Assembly (NCBI GenBank): GCA_038867615.1
Contig: JAWBYA010000008.1
Coordinates: forward strand, 1-50,912
Length of the DNA stretch: 50,912 bases
Direction: 5' to 3'
Source: Sulfolobales archaeon
GTDB taxonomy: Archaea > Thermoproteota > Thermoprotei_A > Sulfolobales > AG1
A program made the position numbers and the translations under genes. Positions within the stretch are counted from its first letter, which is position 1. Each line of letters begins with the position of its first letter. The notes below the pieces were generated by a model. The model did no database searches. It was not told the DNA's origin and saw only the letters and a program-made list of their open reading frames with translations. Below are positions 29,252 to 39,665 of this stretch, in pieces.

Positions 29252-30001
29252 TTATGTGCACTTGATATCGATCTTTCCGTATTTTTTTAAGGCGTCTATT
29301 GCTTTTTCAAGCTCTCTGGAGTCCATATAGAGCCTCTGGATCATTATCATTCTCCCTGACATTGGGTTATTCTGCTCTCTAACAAGTTCTAGGAATTTCC
29401 TGCTTCTATTACATCTGATGTTTATGTTATGATCCTCTATTGGGAATTTGATCAGGATACCTGCTCCCTGGATCCCTCTGTCTGTTATAAGATAGTTCAT
29501 AACGGGCTGGACAAAAATCACTGGCTTGCCTTTCCTCATTAGCTTATTAATAGCCATGGGTATTAGGAAGAAGATCTCAAACATTACCAGGTTTCCGAGG
29601 AATCTGATTAGCACGTCGCCATGGGTAATATATAGTGGTGTAATATGCGCGGTGTATATGTAATAAATTGTAAACACTATAGGTAGTGAGAGCATAGGCA
29701 TGAGCATTACTTTAGCTTGCTCCCTAAGCTCATAGTTGAGATCTGTGTCGCTCTGCATTATTTCTAACGCTTTCTTGGAATCCATTCTCACTATCTGTCT
29801 ACCTGAGCTCACGAACTGGGCATCTGGGCTGGTTGTCGAGCTTCTCATTCTCCTTACATTGATCGCTATCATTATAGCCATGTATGACATAAAGAAAAGA
29901 GTCATCACGATCCAGTATAGATCCCCTGGAAGAAGTGTTAGGGCAAGCGCATATATCGCTGCAAGCAACTGGGGGACTATGTACGAGGCAATCTTTTTCA
30001 C
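29252..30001 (-). CDS. Crenarchaeal membrane protein (DUF2208-like)
   Basis: Four TM segments, polar linker, C-terminal beta domain (YLITDRGI, IKFPI, RLY). Confidence 0.6.
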   Translation of the reverse strand: MKKIASYIVPQLLAAIYALALTLLPGDLYWIVMTLFFMSYMAIMIAINVRRMRSSTTSPDAQFVSSGRQIVRMDSKKALEIMQSDTDLNYELREQAKVMLMPMLSLPIVFTIYYIYTAHITPLYITHGDVLIRFLGNLVMFEIFFLIPMAINKLMRKGKPVIFVQPVMNYLITDRGIQGAGILIKFPIEDHNINIRCNRSRKFLELVREQNNPMSGRMIMIQRLYMDSRELEKAIDALKKYGKIDIKCT

Positions 30002-30096
30002 TCTACGCACCTAAAGACTATATGGCAAGTTGCCTAAATAACCCTACCGCTTCTGTTTTGTTATATGCTGTAGTATCTAGTGTTTGTAGAAACTAT

Positions 30097-31362
30097 CTAG
30101 ATACATCCCACTAATTGATACAGAAATGGATGGATATATATCCTCTTGATCAATATGTACTTTGGCAGCCTTCCTATAAAGCTCCCAGGATATTCATGGA
30201 TCTTTAGCGAGTCTCCTTTCCTCGTTACTATGCTTACCGCTTCTTCCTCCTTATATACCGGGATTGTGTCGGCAAATACCAACATGTATCTCTCATCCAC
30301 ATCGCCGACCTTCTTCTTCATACCCCTCAGGATACCCTCTACCTCTCTCTCGATATCGGATTTATTGGGAGCCTCTTTATATATTAGCACTGTTTGATCG
30401 TAGCATGCCTTATAGCCTTTTCTATAGAGAAACCTTGTTATGAGATCCTTGATCTCTTCATCAGCTAACCCTCCCTGTTCTCCAAGGATTCTGTAGAAAA
30501 GCCCGTTGATCCAATAGTCGTCTAGGTATTTAAAAACACCGCTCCTGATAAGCCCTGCGATACCACTAATGCTTCTAAAGGGCTTGAGCTCGTTGTACAT
30601 GTTTATAAGCTCTCCCCATATGAGCGTTAAGAGTAACTCGTATCCAAGGCTTGTTTTGTGGTAATAAACTCCCCTATACATGTGGAGCCTTGCTATGTAG
30701 AAGTTCTCTGCAGCTATAAGCCCCTTATCCTTCACAGCTATGTTTCCCTCAGGATCAACTGATATGGTTTCCAAAAGCCTGTCGAGATCTATTGAGCCGT
30801 ATGTAACCCCTGTATGGAGAGAGTCGCGGACTAGATAGTCCATTCTATCAACGTCGAGATCCGATGACATTAGCTGGTTATAGAGGGGCTCCCTATGCCT
30901 ACCCTCTATTATCGATGCCACCTCATGCCTATCGATTCCGACGCTTGATAACACCTCCTTTACATCACCATCATTCACGATAACCTCTCTGCTTAGATCC
31001 TCATGTCCAAAGCCTGATCTCTCACTCCTGAGGTAAAACATCTCTAGGGCATGGCTATATGGGAGATGACCTATATCGTGGAGAAGTGCTGCAGCCTCTA
31101 GAAGCGGTATATCGTCTCTCTTTATATAGCCCTCCCTGCTTAGTCTCTCAGAAAGTTTTCTCATTATGTGATAAACACCGAGGCTGTGGCTGAACCTGGT
31201 ATGCACAGCGCCAGGATATACATAGAATGTAACACCTAGCTGTTTGATCCTTCTGAGCCTCTGGAAGACGTCGAGTTCAACGATCTTTAGTGCTGTTTCA
31301 TCAAGCTCTATATATCCGTGGACCTCGTCATAAACCTTCTTTCTATACTTCTGCGTACTCAT
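30097..31362 (-). CDS. HD-domain phosphohydrolase, YwfO/SAMHD1-like dNTP triphosphohydrolase family
   Basis: DEVHGYI, FQRLRRIKQLG, HTRFSHSLG, LLHDIGHLPYSH, DVDRMDYL.RD, MYRGVYYHK. Confidence 0.92.
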   Translation of the reverse strand: MSTQKYRKKVYDEVHGYIELDETALKIVELDVFQRLRRIKQLGVTFYVYPGAVHTRFSHSLGVYHIMRKLSERLSREGYIKRDDIPLLEAAALLHDIGHLPYSHALEMFYLRSERSGFGHEDLSREVIVNDGDVKEVLSSVGIDRHEVASIIEGRHREPLYNQLMSSDLDVDRMDYLVRDSLHTGVTYGSIDLDRLLETISVDPEGNIAVKDKGLIAAENFYIARLHMYRGVYYHKTSLGYELLLTLIWGELINMYNELKPFRSISGIAGLIRSGVFKYLDDYWINGLFYRILGEQGGLADEEIKDLITRFLYRKGYKACYDQTVLIYKEAPNKSDIEREVEGILRGMKKKVGDVDERYMLVFADTIPVYKEEEAVSIVTRKGDSLKIHEYPGSFIGRLPKYILIKRIYIHPFLYQLVGCI

Positions 31363-31395
31363 TACAGCACCTACTAAGAGTACCTAGGTTCAAAG

Positions 31396-31902
31396 CTATT
31401 TAACCTGATCACTACTAAGTTTCTCTATAATACCCTCTTCTCTGAGCATCCTCTCTATCTCCTCAGCACATGTTTTTCTTATATAGGGCTTGATCCTTAT
31501 AAGATCCGCTACAGGGTCTGTTGATGGTGGGTATGTGTTCTTAGCAAGCATATGTATGGATGCAATTATCTCGAGCGTCCTTGCCATAGGTTCATCCTTA
31601 CATAGGCTCTGGGCCTTAACATATATACTGGTAAATCTGTCTACGAGCTGTGATAAGGATCTATCGTCAAGCATATTTCCACGAGCAATACATGCAGTCT
31701 CATAGGCATGGAGATCCCTAGACAGGGTTCTCGAATATGGTCCATAGCTGTACCAGCTAAACTTATACCCTAGGTTATATCCAAGGATCTCTTGAACCAC
31801 ATAGCCTATCTTCTGGAGTAATAACCTATCCTCTAACCTATTAAGCGAAACATTAGGGTTCAGTTTGTAAGCTATAAACCACACAACACAAGGATCCCTC
31901 AT
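31396..31902 (-). CDS. YwgA-like protein
   Basis: RLLLQKIGY...YKFSWYSYGPYSRTL, LEIIASI; adjacent to YwfO-like HD gene. Confidence 0.7.
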   Translation of the reverse strand: MRDPCVVWFIAYKLNPNVSLNRLEDRLLLQKIGYVVQEILGYNLGYKFSWYSYGPYSRTLSRDLHAYETACIARGNMLDDRSLSQLVDRFTSIYVKAQSLCKDEPMARTLEIIASIHMLAKNTYPPSTDPVADLIRIKPYIRKTCAEEIERMLREEGIIEKLSSDQVK

Positions 31903-32232
31903 ATATTTAGCTACCCTATAGACATATTACTGCTAATTGGAATTTCTATACTAACCCGAAAGATCCGCGAGCGACTTGAGTGATACCATATATAGATGCC
32001 ACAATATCTATTATTACCCGTTTATCCTTGATTTTTCTTCACGTATCGGGGCTTTCGCACACCCACAGGGATCTCTGCACCTGCGGGTTCGCGATATGTT
32101 GCTAGCCCAACAGAATAGGGCTCCTATCTGCTTGGGTATCATCTACTAGGTGGCTTGGAGTTTTTCTCCAGTCGCTATCAAGAGCTGATATAGTGATAGA
32201 GACCAGCTCTAGCCAGAACAATCCTAAAATCC

Positions 32233-32319
<87 letters not shown>

Positions 32320-32471
32320 CAAATAAAATAATATATAGGGAGGGTATAAGTATCGCTAGAGATACCTTACAAGCTAGGAATGACTATCCACATACATATG
32401 GGTGAAGGCTCTTTAATATAGTAAGGAAATAAAGAATATAGAAGAATATTCTAGGACTGGCGGAAGTCTGG

Positions 32472-33104
32472 CTAGGTGTTTCTCTTAGTTTCTAGCGATG
32501 CCGAGCCGTTGTTCATTAATAATGTTTCGTCACAGCCAATAATGCCTCTATGTGTTACTATGAATGCTATTATTCCTTTCTCTCTCATATAGTTCATTAG
32601 GTTTTCCAGGCAGCACTCGATATACGAGGGATCCAGGTGGTCAAGCCCCTCGTCTATTAGCATCACACCTGGAGCTGATGCGAGACCCCTTGCCAGCAAT
32701 ACTCTTATCTTCCACCCCGTGCTTAGGCTGCCTGCCTTTTTTTCCAAGTCGTCGCGGTTTATTTTTAGCAGGTCTAGTATTCTATTTAGCTCACTATCGT
32801 CAACCCTCTTTGCTATCTTTATATTTCTCTCCACACTCATGTGGGGAAAGACCCCTTTTTCGCTCCTTATGATTGGGAATCTTCTTTTCTCCGGCTCCAG
32901 ATAGGTTATATCCACACCGTTATACAATATCTTCCCAGAGTCAGGGAGAACGATCCCTGCTATTATGTTTAGAAGGGTGGATTTTCCAGACCCGTTTGGT
33001 CCCTTAACACATACCATCCTCCCACTAGGGATCTCTAGAAAGTCGGCCCTGAGTGTGAAGCTGCCGAATGTTTTCACAATATCTTTGAGCACTAACATCG
33101 TCAT
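32472..33104 (-). CDS. wtpC: ABC ATPase of tungstate/molybdate transporter
   Basis: GPNGSGKST, FPHMSV, degenerate signature LSTGW, LIDE, VTH; divergent from wtpAB; ATG 33104. Confidence 0.8.
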   Translation of the reverse strand: MTMLVLKDIVKTFGSFTLRADFLEIPSGRMVCVKGPNGSGKSTLLNIIAGIVLPDSGKILYNGVDITYLEPEKRRFPIIRSEKGVFPHMSVERNIKIAKRVDDSELNRILDLLKINRDDLEKKAGSLSTGWKIRVLLARGLASAPGVMLIDEGLDHLDPSYIECCLENLMNYMREKGIIAFIVTHRGIIGCDETLLMNNGSASLETKRNT

Positions 33105-33171
33105 TGTTGACCTATATATCATTAATTGTGCAAATATATTAGCTTTTGTCCATAGGAGTAACGGTGGTAAT

Positions 33172-34197
33172 GTGAAAAGAAATGTCATATTAAATATTAT
33201 AGTGATCCTCGTAGCATTTCTTCTGGGTTTGATCTCATCACCATATATACTAGGACCCCTTGCCTCAGCTGGGGCTGGCACAGCAGGTGTTACAGCCATA
33301 AACCAGGGTTCAGGATCCTATAAGAAAGAGATCTATATACTAGAGGCTGCATCGCTGAAGCCCATGGTTGATATGCTTAAAGAGATCGCTAGCCAGAAGG
33401 GATATATAATTTACGATGAGGCTAAGGGCTCTACCCAGCTGGCTAGAGAGATAAACGATCTGGGTAAGAGGGCTGATCTATTTATACCGATAGATACAGA
33501 GGTTATAGAGAAAATACTGTTCCCAAGCAGGGCTGCCACGTGGTATATAGTTATAGCTACATCATCGATGGTTCTCGTGTATAGAAACTCTAGTGAAGAT
33601 AAGGTTAGGGGGCTTCTGGATCTTCTTAGCAAAGGTGATCTAGGTTCTTTCTTCAACGAGTTATTATCAGGACAGTATAGAATAGGTTTGGGCAATCCCG
33701 ATAATGTACCTCAGGGCTATAGGACTATAATGATTCTGAAGCTAGCAGGGCTTCTTATAATGGGTGATGAGAACTACTACGTAGCGAGATTCAATGAGTT
33801 AATAAAATCAGGAAAAGCTGTCTATACGAGGGATGCGGCAGCCCTTGTATCGCTCCTCCAGACGGGACAGATCGACGTGTCTTTCACATATATCCACGAG
33901 GCGAGGCTATTTAATCTCAAATACGCTAGACTTCCAGACGATCTGGATCTATCGAACCCCGCTAAGAAGGATCTCTATGCGAGAGTCAATTACACAACCA
34001 GCCAGGGCGTAGTGCTAAGGGGGAGCGTGATAGAAATACCAATCACGATACCAAGGACAGCGGTTAATAGAGAAGCGGCTCTCTCGCTCATATCATATCT
34101 CCTAACCAGCCAGGGTAGAGAGATCATGATAAAAGCAGGGATTATACCGCTTGAGAAGCCTGAGATAAGGGGTGTGTATCAAGATCTCTTGGGGTGA
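33172..34197 (+). CDS. wtpA: Tungstate/molybdate-binding protein
   Basis: N-terminal anchor, EAASL, AKGS, NPDNVPQGYRT, TYIHEA, LPDDLDLS. Confidence 0.8.
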   Translation: MKRNVILNIIVILVAFLLGLISSPYILGPLASAGAGTAGVTAINQGSGSYKKEIYILEAASLKPMVDMLKEIASQKGYIIYDEAKGSTQLAREINDLGKRADLFIPIDTEVIEKILFPSRAATWYIVIATSSMVLVYRNSSEDKVRGLLDLLSKGDLGSFFNELLSGQYRIGLGNPDNVPQGYRTIMILKLAGLLIMGDENYYVARFNELIKSGKAVYTRDAAALVSLLQTGQIDVSFTYIHEARLFNLKYARLPDDLDLSNPAKKDLYARVNYTTSQGVVLRGSVIEIPITIPRTAVNREAALSLISYLLTSQGREIMIKAGIIPLEKPEIRGVYQDLLG

Positions 34198-34201
34198 TTC
34201 T

Positions 34202-34990
34202 ATGAACTATAAGGTGTTCTTCTGGCTCTTCATAGCTCTTGTTTTAATAATAGTGGCAGTCCCGATCCTGTATGTGGGTTACGAGGGATCTATAGGTAGG
34301 TATTCAAACCCCCAACTCTCGCTGAGCCAGGATGTGATAAGATCTATAGTGCTAACCCTAGTATCATCGGCGATAGCCACCCTAATAGCCCTAGTGCTGG
34401 GAATCCCGGTAGCGTATTATTTAGCTAGATACGATTTTAAAGGCAAGGGGGTTGTTGAGGCACTAGTAGATCTCCCGGCATCTGTTCCTCACCCACTTAT
34501 AGGAGTAGCGATCCTATTGCTTTTCTCAGAACCCCTCTCACCAGCCCTCCAATTATTAGGTGTTGAGAGCATTAGCTATACATTCTATGCTTTAGTTCTG
34601 GCCCTTCTAATAGTCTCATCACCGATCATGATAAGAACCATGGTGAATAACTTCAAGGCAATGGATCCCGAGCCAGAGATAGCAGCACTAAGCCTGGGGG
34701 TAAGCAGGGTCAGGGTGTTCTTTTTAATCACACTTCCAATGAGTATAAGGGCTATCCTTAACTCATACGCTATAACCTTTGCAAGGGCTGTGAGTGAGTT
34801 CGGCTCTGTATCGATCGTTGCATATTATATAATAAACCCTCCTTTCCAGGGAACGAAGCAGGCTTCCGTTTTAATATGGGATCTTTTCGAGAGCGGTGGG
34901 CTTGGAAAAGCCCTCCCGGTGAGCGCTACACTACTAGCAATAAGCCTCCTAGTGCTTGCTGTGATCAGGATCACAGAGGCTAAACAATAG
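34202..34990 (+). CDS. wtpB: Tungstate/molybdate ABC permease
   Basis: GIPVAYYLAR, DLPASVPH, AALSLG, FARAVSEFG. Confidence 0.85.
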   Translation: MNYKVFFWLFIALVLIIVAVPILYVGYEGSIGRYSNPQLSLSQDVIRSIVLTLVSSAIATLIALVLGIPVAYYLARYDFKGKGVVEALVDLPASVPHPLIGVAILLLFSEPLSPALQLLGVESISYTFYALVLALLIVSSPIMIRTMVNNFKAMDPEPEIAALSLGVSRVRVFFLITLPMSIRAILNSYAITFARAVSEFGSVSIVAYYIINPPFQGTKQASVLIWDLFESGGLGKALPVSATLLAISLLVLAVIRITEAKQ

Positions 34991-35387
34991 GCCTGTATGT
35001 GGTTTCTGCCTCAAGCACTGTAGTTATTAGCTCAGAGGCCTCGCCCGGATCTAGCTGGGCCTCTCTATATAGCCCCTTCCTCTCAGCCAGCTCAACAGCA
35101 GCCATGTGGATGCAGTAACGCTTAGAGCATCTCAAGGCAACATTTATCGAGAAATCGGTACAGCTGCAAAAGATCCTCGGTATCACAATATGCACATAGG
35201 AGCCAGAGCCTATTAGATAGAATGTGAAGCCACCAACCCTTATCCTAAGGATCCTCTTGGATGCTACTATTTGCACAACATTATAATCCTTAACAAGATC
35301 CTCGATATCTATAGCCTCTAGAGAGGAGTAGGGCGATGACCAGTCGCATTCGTGCTGAGAGCTTTTCATCTCATCTACTAGAGGCAT
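34980..35387 (-). CDS. SWIM zinc-finger protein
   Basis: FCSCTDF-x-CIH. Confidence 0.8.
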   Translation of the reverse strand: MPLVDEMKSSQHECDWSSPYSSLEAIDIEDLVKDYNVVQIVASKRILRIRVGGFTFYLIGSGSYVHIVIPRIFCSCTDFSINVALRCSKRYCIHMAAVELAERKGLYREAQLDPGEASELITTVLEAETTYRPIV

Positions 35388-35624
35388 TACCTATCTACTC
35401 TAGAAACCTCTAGAGAGGTTAAAGGATTTAACATTAGCAGATACGCTGCGGTATAGATAAATCATTATTTCCACACCGCGTTCGATAACGAATCAAGGAG
35501 CATTAAAAGTCTGGCTGTCTAGGAACTATTGATAAGTCCTAACATGTTTGTATCTATGGTAAAGTCTTTGATCCAAAACTGGGATTTTAGAGACAGTTAA
35601 AACACGGGCCATGCGGTGAAGGTC

Positions 35625-36302
35625 CTAATAGCCTGAGAAGGATTCGATCCTTAGTGTCTCTCTACGCACTTTTACGCCCAGGTCCTTGAGGAGAGTTATT
35701 ATTTCCCTAACCCTCTCTGGAGGTCCTGATGCGTAGAATATGGGGCTCTTCATATTACTTATAAGGCTTCTGAGCTCATTGGCGCTTGGAAGGCTTTTTC
35801 TCCACATTACCATTATATTGTTATTGATCCTAGAGGCTCTTGCTAGGTCTTCTTTGAATAGGTATTCTTCTCTCTCATCGATATGGATCGCCAGAACCCT
35901 TGATCTTATGTTTTTATCGACCGAGTATATGATCATGGATCTGATTGGCGTCACACCTATGCTGTGAAAAATCATCACGATCTCCTCAGCCTTTTCATCA
36001 AGCGTGAAATGTCCATAAGGCCCCCACACATTGATCTCGTCACCTGGTTTGAGCATCCCGAGGGCTTTTTTGAACCGAGAATCCCTGTCTATTGTTGCAA
36101 GCATGATGTAATCCTCTGTCGGGCTTGACGCTATTGATAATGTCTTTGTACCACAATCGCTACAGATCTTTTGACCCAGCTCGAGCTCAACATTCTGACC
36201 TGGGTTAAAACTAAAGCTCTTCAATGGCCTGAGCTTTATTACTCTGTATATTGAATACAGAGATGTCTCGATAACCATCATGGGCGTTGGTTCTTCTCCC
36301 AA
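35625..36302 (-). CDS. FAD/NAD(P)-binding oxidoreductase, FNR-like
   Basis: FNPGQ, LSIASSP, GPYGHF, IGVTPIRSM, FYASGP, ESFSGY. Confidence 0.82.
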   Translation of the reverse strand: MGEEPTPMMVIETSLYSIYRVIKLRPLKSFSFNPGQNVELELGQKICSDCGTKTLSIASSPTEDYIMLATIDRDSRFKKALGMLKPGDEINVWGPYGHFTLDEKAEEIVMIFHSIGVTPIRSMIIYSVDKNIRSRVLAIHIDEREEYLFKEDLARASRINNNIMVMWRKSLPSANELRSLISNMKSPIFYASGPPERVREIITLLKDLGVKVRRETLRIESFSGY

Positions 36303-36355
36303 AACACCACCTAATGGTATCTATATTCAATGTTTATATATACGGATCCTGTTCT

Positions 36356-37030
36356 CTATAATTTTATAATATAGAGGTTATCTTTTCTATCAAGAAATCC
36401 CATCTCGATTAGGTTCTCTAGGGCGTCTTCGTAATAGATTTTATCTACATCGATACCATACCACTCTCTGAAACTACTTACTATGTCGTTGAAAGTCCAC
36501 GCGATCCTTCCGTTCTTAGCCTCCTCAGAGATCATTCTCTTTATAAAGGATGTAACATCCTCAAGCCTTGTCCATGGGTATTGGAACCAGACCCACTCCT
36601 TAACCTCTATATAGTAATAATCAGGCTTGATCTTTGCAACACTACTTATCCACTGGAGAGCTGCTTTTTTCACATCTAGGGGGTACCAGTTCTCTCTAAT
36701 GAACTTCTCAGCAGTTATTAGAGTATCACCTGTATCTACTATATCGTCAACAATAAGGACCCTCTTATCCCTCATATTAACAACATACGGGAATCTAAGA
36801 ATAGCTCTCTCCTCAGCCTTTGCAGCCTCTGTCCAGTGCTGGCTCTGTATTGAGAGCAGGTTCTCTACACCGAGAAAATCGCATAGAAGTCTTGCAGGAA
36901 CGTATCCTCCCCTTGCCACAGCTACTATTACGTCCGGTCTCCATCCGCTCTTCTTAATAATGTTAGCCAGGCCCCTGCTCCAATCAACGATCTCTTCCCA
37001 AGTCACCAGCTTAGTAGGCACACGAGGCAA
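36356..37030 (-). CDS. Purine phosphoribosyltransferase-family protein with C-terminal helical domain
   Basis: TTG start MPRVPTKLVTWEEI; VARGG, LIVDDIVDTGDT, WFQYPW. Confidence 0.9.
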   Translation of the reverse strand: MPRVPTKLVTWEEIVDWSRGLANIIKKSGWRPDVIVAVARGGYVPARLLCDFLGVENLLSIQSQHWTEAAKAEERAILRFPYVVNMRDKRVLIVDDIVDTGDTLITAEKFIRENWYPLDVKKAALQWISSVAKIKPDYYYIEVKEWVWFQYPWTRLEDVTSFIKRMISEEAKNGRIAWTFNDIVSSFREWYGIDVDKIYYEDALENLIEMGFLDRKDNLYIIKL

Positions 37031-37087
37031 CGATGTCCCAGAATAGAATATAATTATGAAGCTATAAATACTTATCCATATAAACAC

Positions 37088-37492
37088 CTATCCGATCAGC
37101 TTTATATATGAGATAGAGCCCTTGTTAGCAACATATGCATACCCGCCTGAGGCTACTGCAATCTCATACCTGGAGACAGAGAGAAGTTTTCCAGAAAGCT
37201 CTTTCCCCCCTATGAATCTCACCGTAACATCATAGCCAGCATAGCTGCCATCAAGGATGTGCTGATCCTCGCAACACTCTTTAACAATTCCCGCCACCTC
37301 GTTCTCCCTAACCCTGACGCTCCTGATCGCGTGGCGGAATATTATTAGAGCTTCATCACGTCTTCTCACACCGAGCTCGTAGTTGGACACGTGATCCAGG
37401 ATCCCTTCAACGATCTCTCCATCTACTAGCTCGATGTATATGCTTCTACCAACAAGCTTCTCCGTGATCATTGTCTGGGGCATTCTTACCAA
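37088..37492 (-). CDS. Tandem two-domain Sm/Hfq-like protein
   Basis: Repeat 1 IYIELVDGEIVEGIL...YEL...IIFRHAIRSV; repeat 2 VTVRFIGGKELSGKL...YEI...VANKGSISYI; strong GGAGGTG SD. Confidence 0.75.
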   Translation of the reverse strand: MVRMPQTMITEKLVGRSIYIELVDGEIVEGILDHVSNYELGVRRRDEALIIFRHAIRSVRVRENEVAGIVKECCEDQHILDGSYAGYDVTVRFIGGKELSGKLLSVSRYEIAVASGGYAYVANKGSISYIKLIG

Positions 37493-37668
37493 ACCAAAAC
37501 ACCACCTCCTCTAGTACTTTCAACACATAGAAGCTCTAAAGATGGGGGTTGTTTTCTAGCAACAATCCCTAGGAATCATTGTGGCAATGATCCTTTATCG
37601 TAGTTATAAGCGTGGGAAACCAGTGTGGAAGAAAACAAGGGGTATGGGCCGGCATTTAGGTATAGTTG

Positions 37669-38343
37669 TTACACGGACTTCTTAAAGATCACATGCACCT
37701 CTCTTCCACATTTGCATAGGAGTACGCTTACAGGCTTATAGAGGGGAGATTCTGAGGTTGTTTCAAACCCAACGCCACCTGCTATAGATACTGATTCCCG
37801 CCCTCCTAGTATATAGCCTGCATATGTTACTCGTATCTCGTCGATCAGTTTTTTCTCGGCAAGGCTCCATATAAGCTCTCCACCTCCCTCCACAAGGATC
37901 TTTTCTATTCCGAGCCTGTAGAGGAGTTTCAGGGCTTGTTCCATATCTATTTTTGGAGGCTTCTCGGAATCTATTACGTAGACCTCGACGCCTTGTTTCT
38001 TCAACCTCTCCATCTTATCGAGATCTGCAGCTCTTGAGGTTAAGATTATTGTTCTTGAAAGTCTATCCCTGACTAGCCTTAGATCCTCTCTAATACTCAG
38101 TCTACCATCTATGACTATTCTAACGGGGTTCTGTCCCTCAACGTACTTGAGCCTTAGAGAGGGATCATCGATATTAGCAGTATTAGCACCGATCATTACG
38201 GCTCCGGCCTCTTTTCTTGTCATGTGAAGCCTTCTAAGATCCTCTGGGCAGCTTATGTTGCTAAACCTGGTTCGAGAAGCTATCTTACCATCTATGGTTG
38301 CAGTGACAAAAACGATCACATACGGTCTCGTGTCGGAACCCAC
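37669..38343 (-). CDS. RibD C-terminal-type reductase (2,5-diamino-6-ribosylamino-pyrimidinone 5'-phosphate reductase / DHFR fold)
   Basis: TIDGKIA, ISCPED, IGANT..DDPSL, ILVEGGG, IDEIR. Confidence 0.85.
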   Translation of the reverse strand: MGSDTRPYVIVFVTATIDGKIASRTRFSNISCPEDLRRLHMTRKEAGAVMIGANTANIDDPSLRLKYVEGQNPVRIVIDGRLSIREDLRLVRDRLSRTIILTSRAADLDKMERLKKQGVEVYVIDSEKPPKIDMEQALKLLYRLGIEKILVEGGGELIWSLAEKKLIDEIRVTYAGYILGGRESVSIAGGVGFETTSESPLYKPVSVLLCKCGREVHVIFKKSV

Positions 38344-38579
38344 TTCTAAGTGCCCCTACACTTACTTGCTAAGTCTTGTTTTTATCTTTATACAGAACTG
38401 GGGATATGTGGGTCTATTTAGAACGGTCAAAAGGATCTTTGGTATTGTTAAGATCTATATCTCTATCGTCGAGACCATTCAAGCTCTATGTGATCTGTGT
38501 AAAGCTTATAAGCATCCATGGATTACCGTTAACAAAAGAGATGGGGGTGGGAACGTGGGAGGTGCTGGTAAAATCAGGG

Positions 38580-39665
38580 GTGGAGGAAAAACAAAATCTT
38601 GTGGTAGTTAAGGTCGGAGGATCTCTAGTAAGATCTCCGAAGGACTACGTGAAGGTCTCAGAGATCCTGGTTAGAAATATCCTCGAAAAATCCAGGGCAG
38701 CCATAGTTGTCTCAGCAATTAAGGGGATAACAGATCTATTGATATCAACATGCAATGGTGATAGGGAAGCCCTTGATAAAGTAATCGAAACCCACAGGAG
38801 ATTCTCGAAAGAACTCGGCATAGCAGGTCCATACGGCGATCACGTGGAGGAGCTTGAAGAGGAAGTTGTGAGATATAGTGTTATGTGCAGAGAATCAATG
38901 ATCCATAGAGACAGGGTTCTCTCAATAGGTGAGAGGTTCTCAGCCATAGCCCTTGCAAAGACATTAAGCGATATGGGGCTGAGGGTTAAGGTAGCATGGC
39001 CATGGGATATAGGGATCATAACTGACGATAGGTTTGGCGACGCGTCTCCCAAGGTTCCAGATATATATGCTGGTGTCGGGGCATCTGTTAGAAAGATCAT
39101 AGATAGCGGGTATATCCCGGTTATCCCAGGGTTTATAGGGGTTACAGGGGATGGTTATATAACAACTATGGGCAGGGGCAGCTCAGATCTGACAGCAGTG
39201 CTTATAGCAAGGGCTGCTATGTTTAATAAGGCTATCCTCCTTACAGAAACTCCAGGGATCATGACAACGGATCCGAAGATAGTGTCTGGGGCATATACGG
39301 TAGAGGTTATGGATTTCGTTGAGGGTGAGAGAGCGTCTAGATATAGTGTTAAAGGGCTTAACTATAAGATGTTCGAGCACGTCTGGGACTATGATGGTGA
39401 GATACATATACTAGATCTGAGTATGAGGGGTACCAAGATATGTAGGGAGTGTAGAAGGGAAGGAGCCAAGGTGATCGCACCATTTGCTGGGGGCGTTTCT
39501 GTGATAGGCTGGGGCTCCGGTAAGGTTGTCAAGACAGCGGTTGGTAAGAACCAGATGAATGGTAGCAGCATAGAGCTTAGAGACGATGTAGAGACCCTAG
39601 TACTATCAAAGGTAGATCCCGTAGAGCTTGTTAGAATAATACACAGGGAGGTGTTCGGTAGATGA
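38580..39665 (+). CDS. lysC: Aspartate kinase (start approximate)
   Basis: VVKVGGS, VVSA, SIGERFSA, IPGFIG, TTMGRGSSD, TTDPK; overlaps asd. Confidence 0.9.
   Translation: MEEKQNLVVVKVGGSLVRSPKDYVKVSEILVRNILEKSRAAIVVSAIKGITDLLISTCNGDREALDKVIETHRRFSKELGIAGPYGDHVEELEEEVVRYSVMCRESMIHRDRVLSIGERFSAIALAKTLSDMGLRVKVAWPWDIGIITDDRFGDASPKVPDIYAGVGASVRKIIDSGYIPVIPGFIGVTGDGYITTMGRGSSDLTAVLIARAAMFNKAILLTETPGIMTTDPKIVSGAYTVEVMDFVEGERASRYSVKGLNYKMFEHVWDYDGEIHILDLSMRGTKICRECRREGAKVIAPFAGGVSVIGWGSGKVVKTAVGKNQMNGSSIELRDDVETLVLSKVDPVELVRIIHREVFGR

Noticed and set aside
33105-33299. Overlapping long N-termini of wtpC and wtpA in the ORF track
   Set aside because: SD-supported starts at 33104 and 33172 remove the overlap
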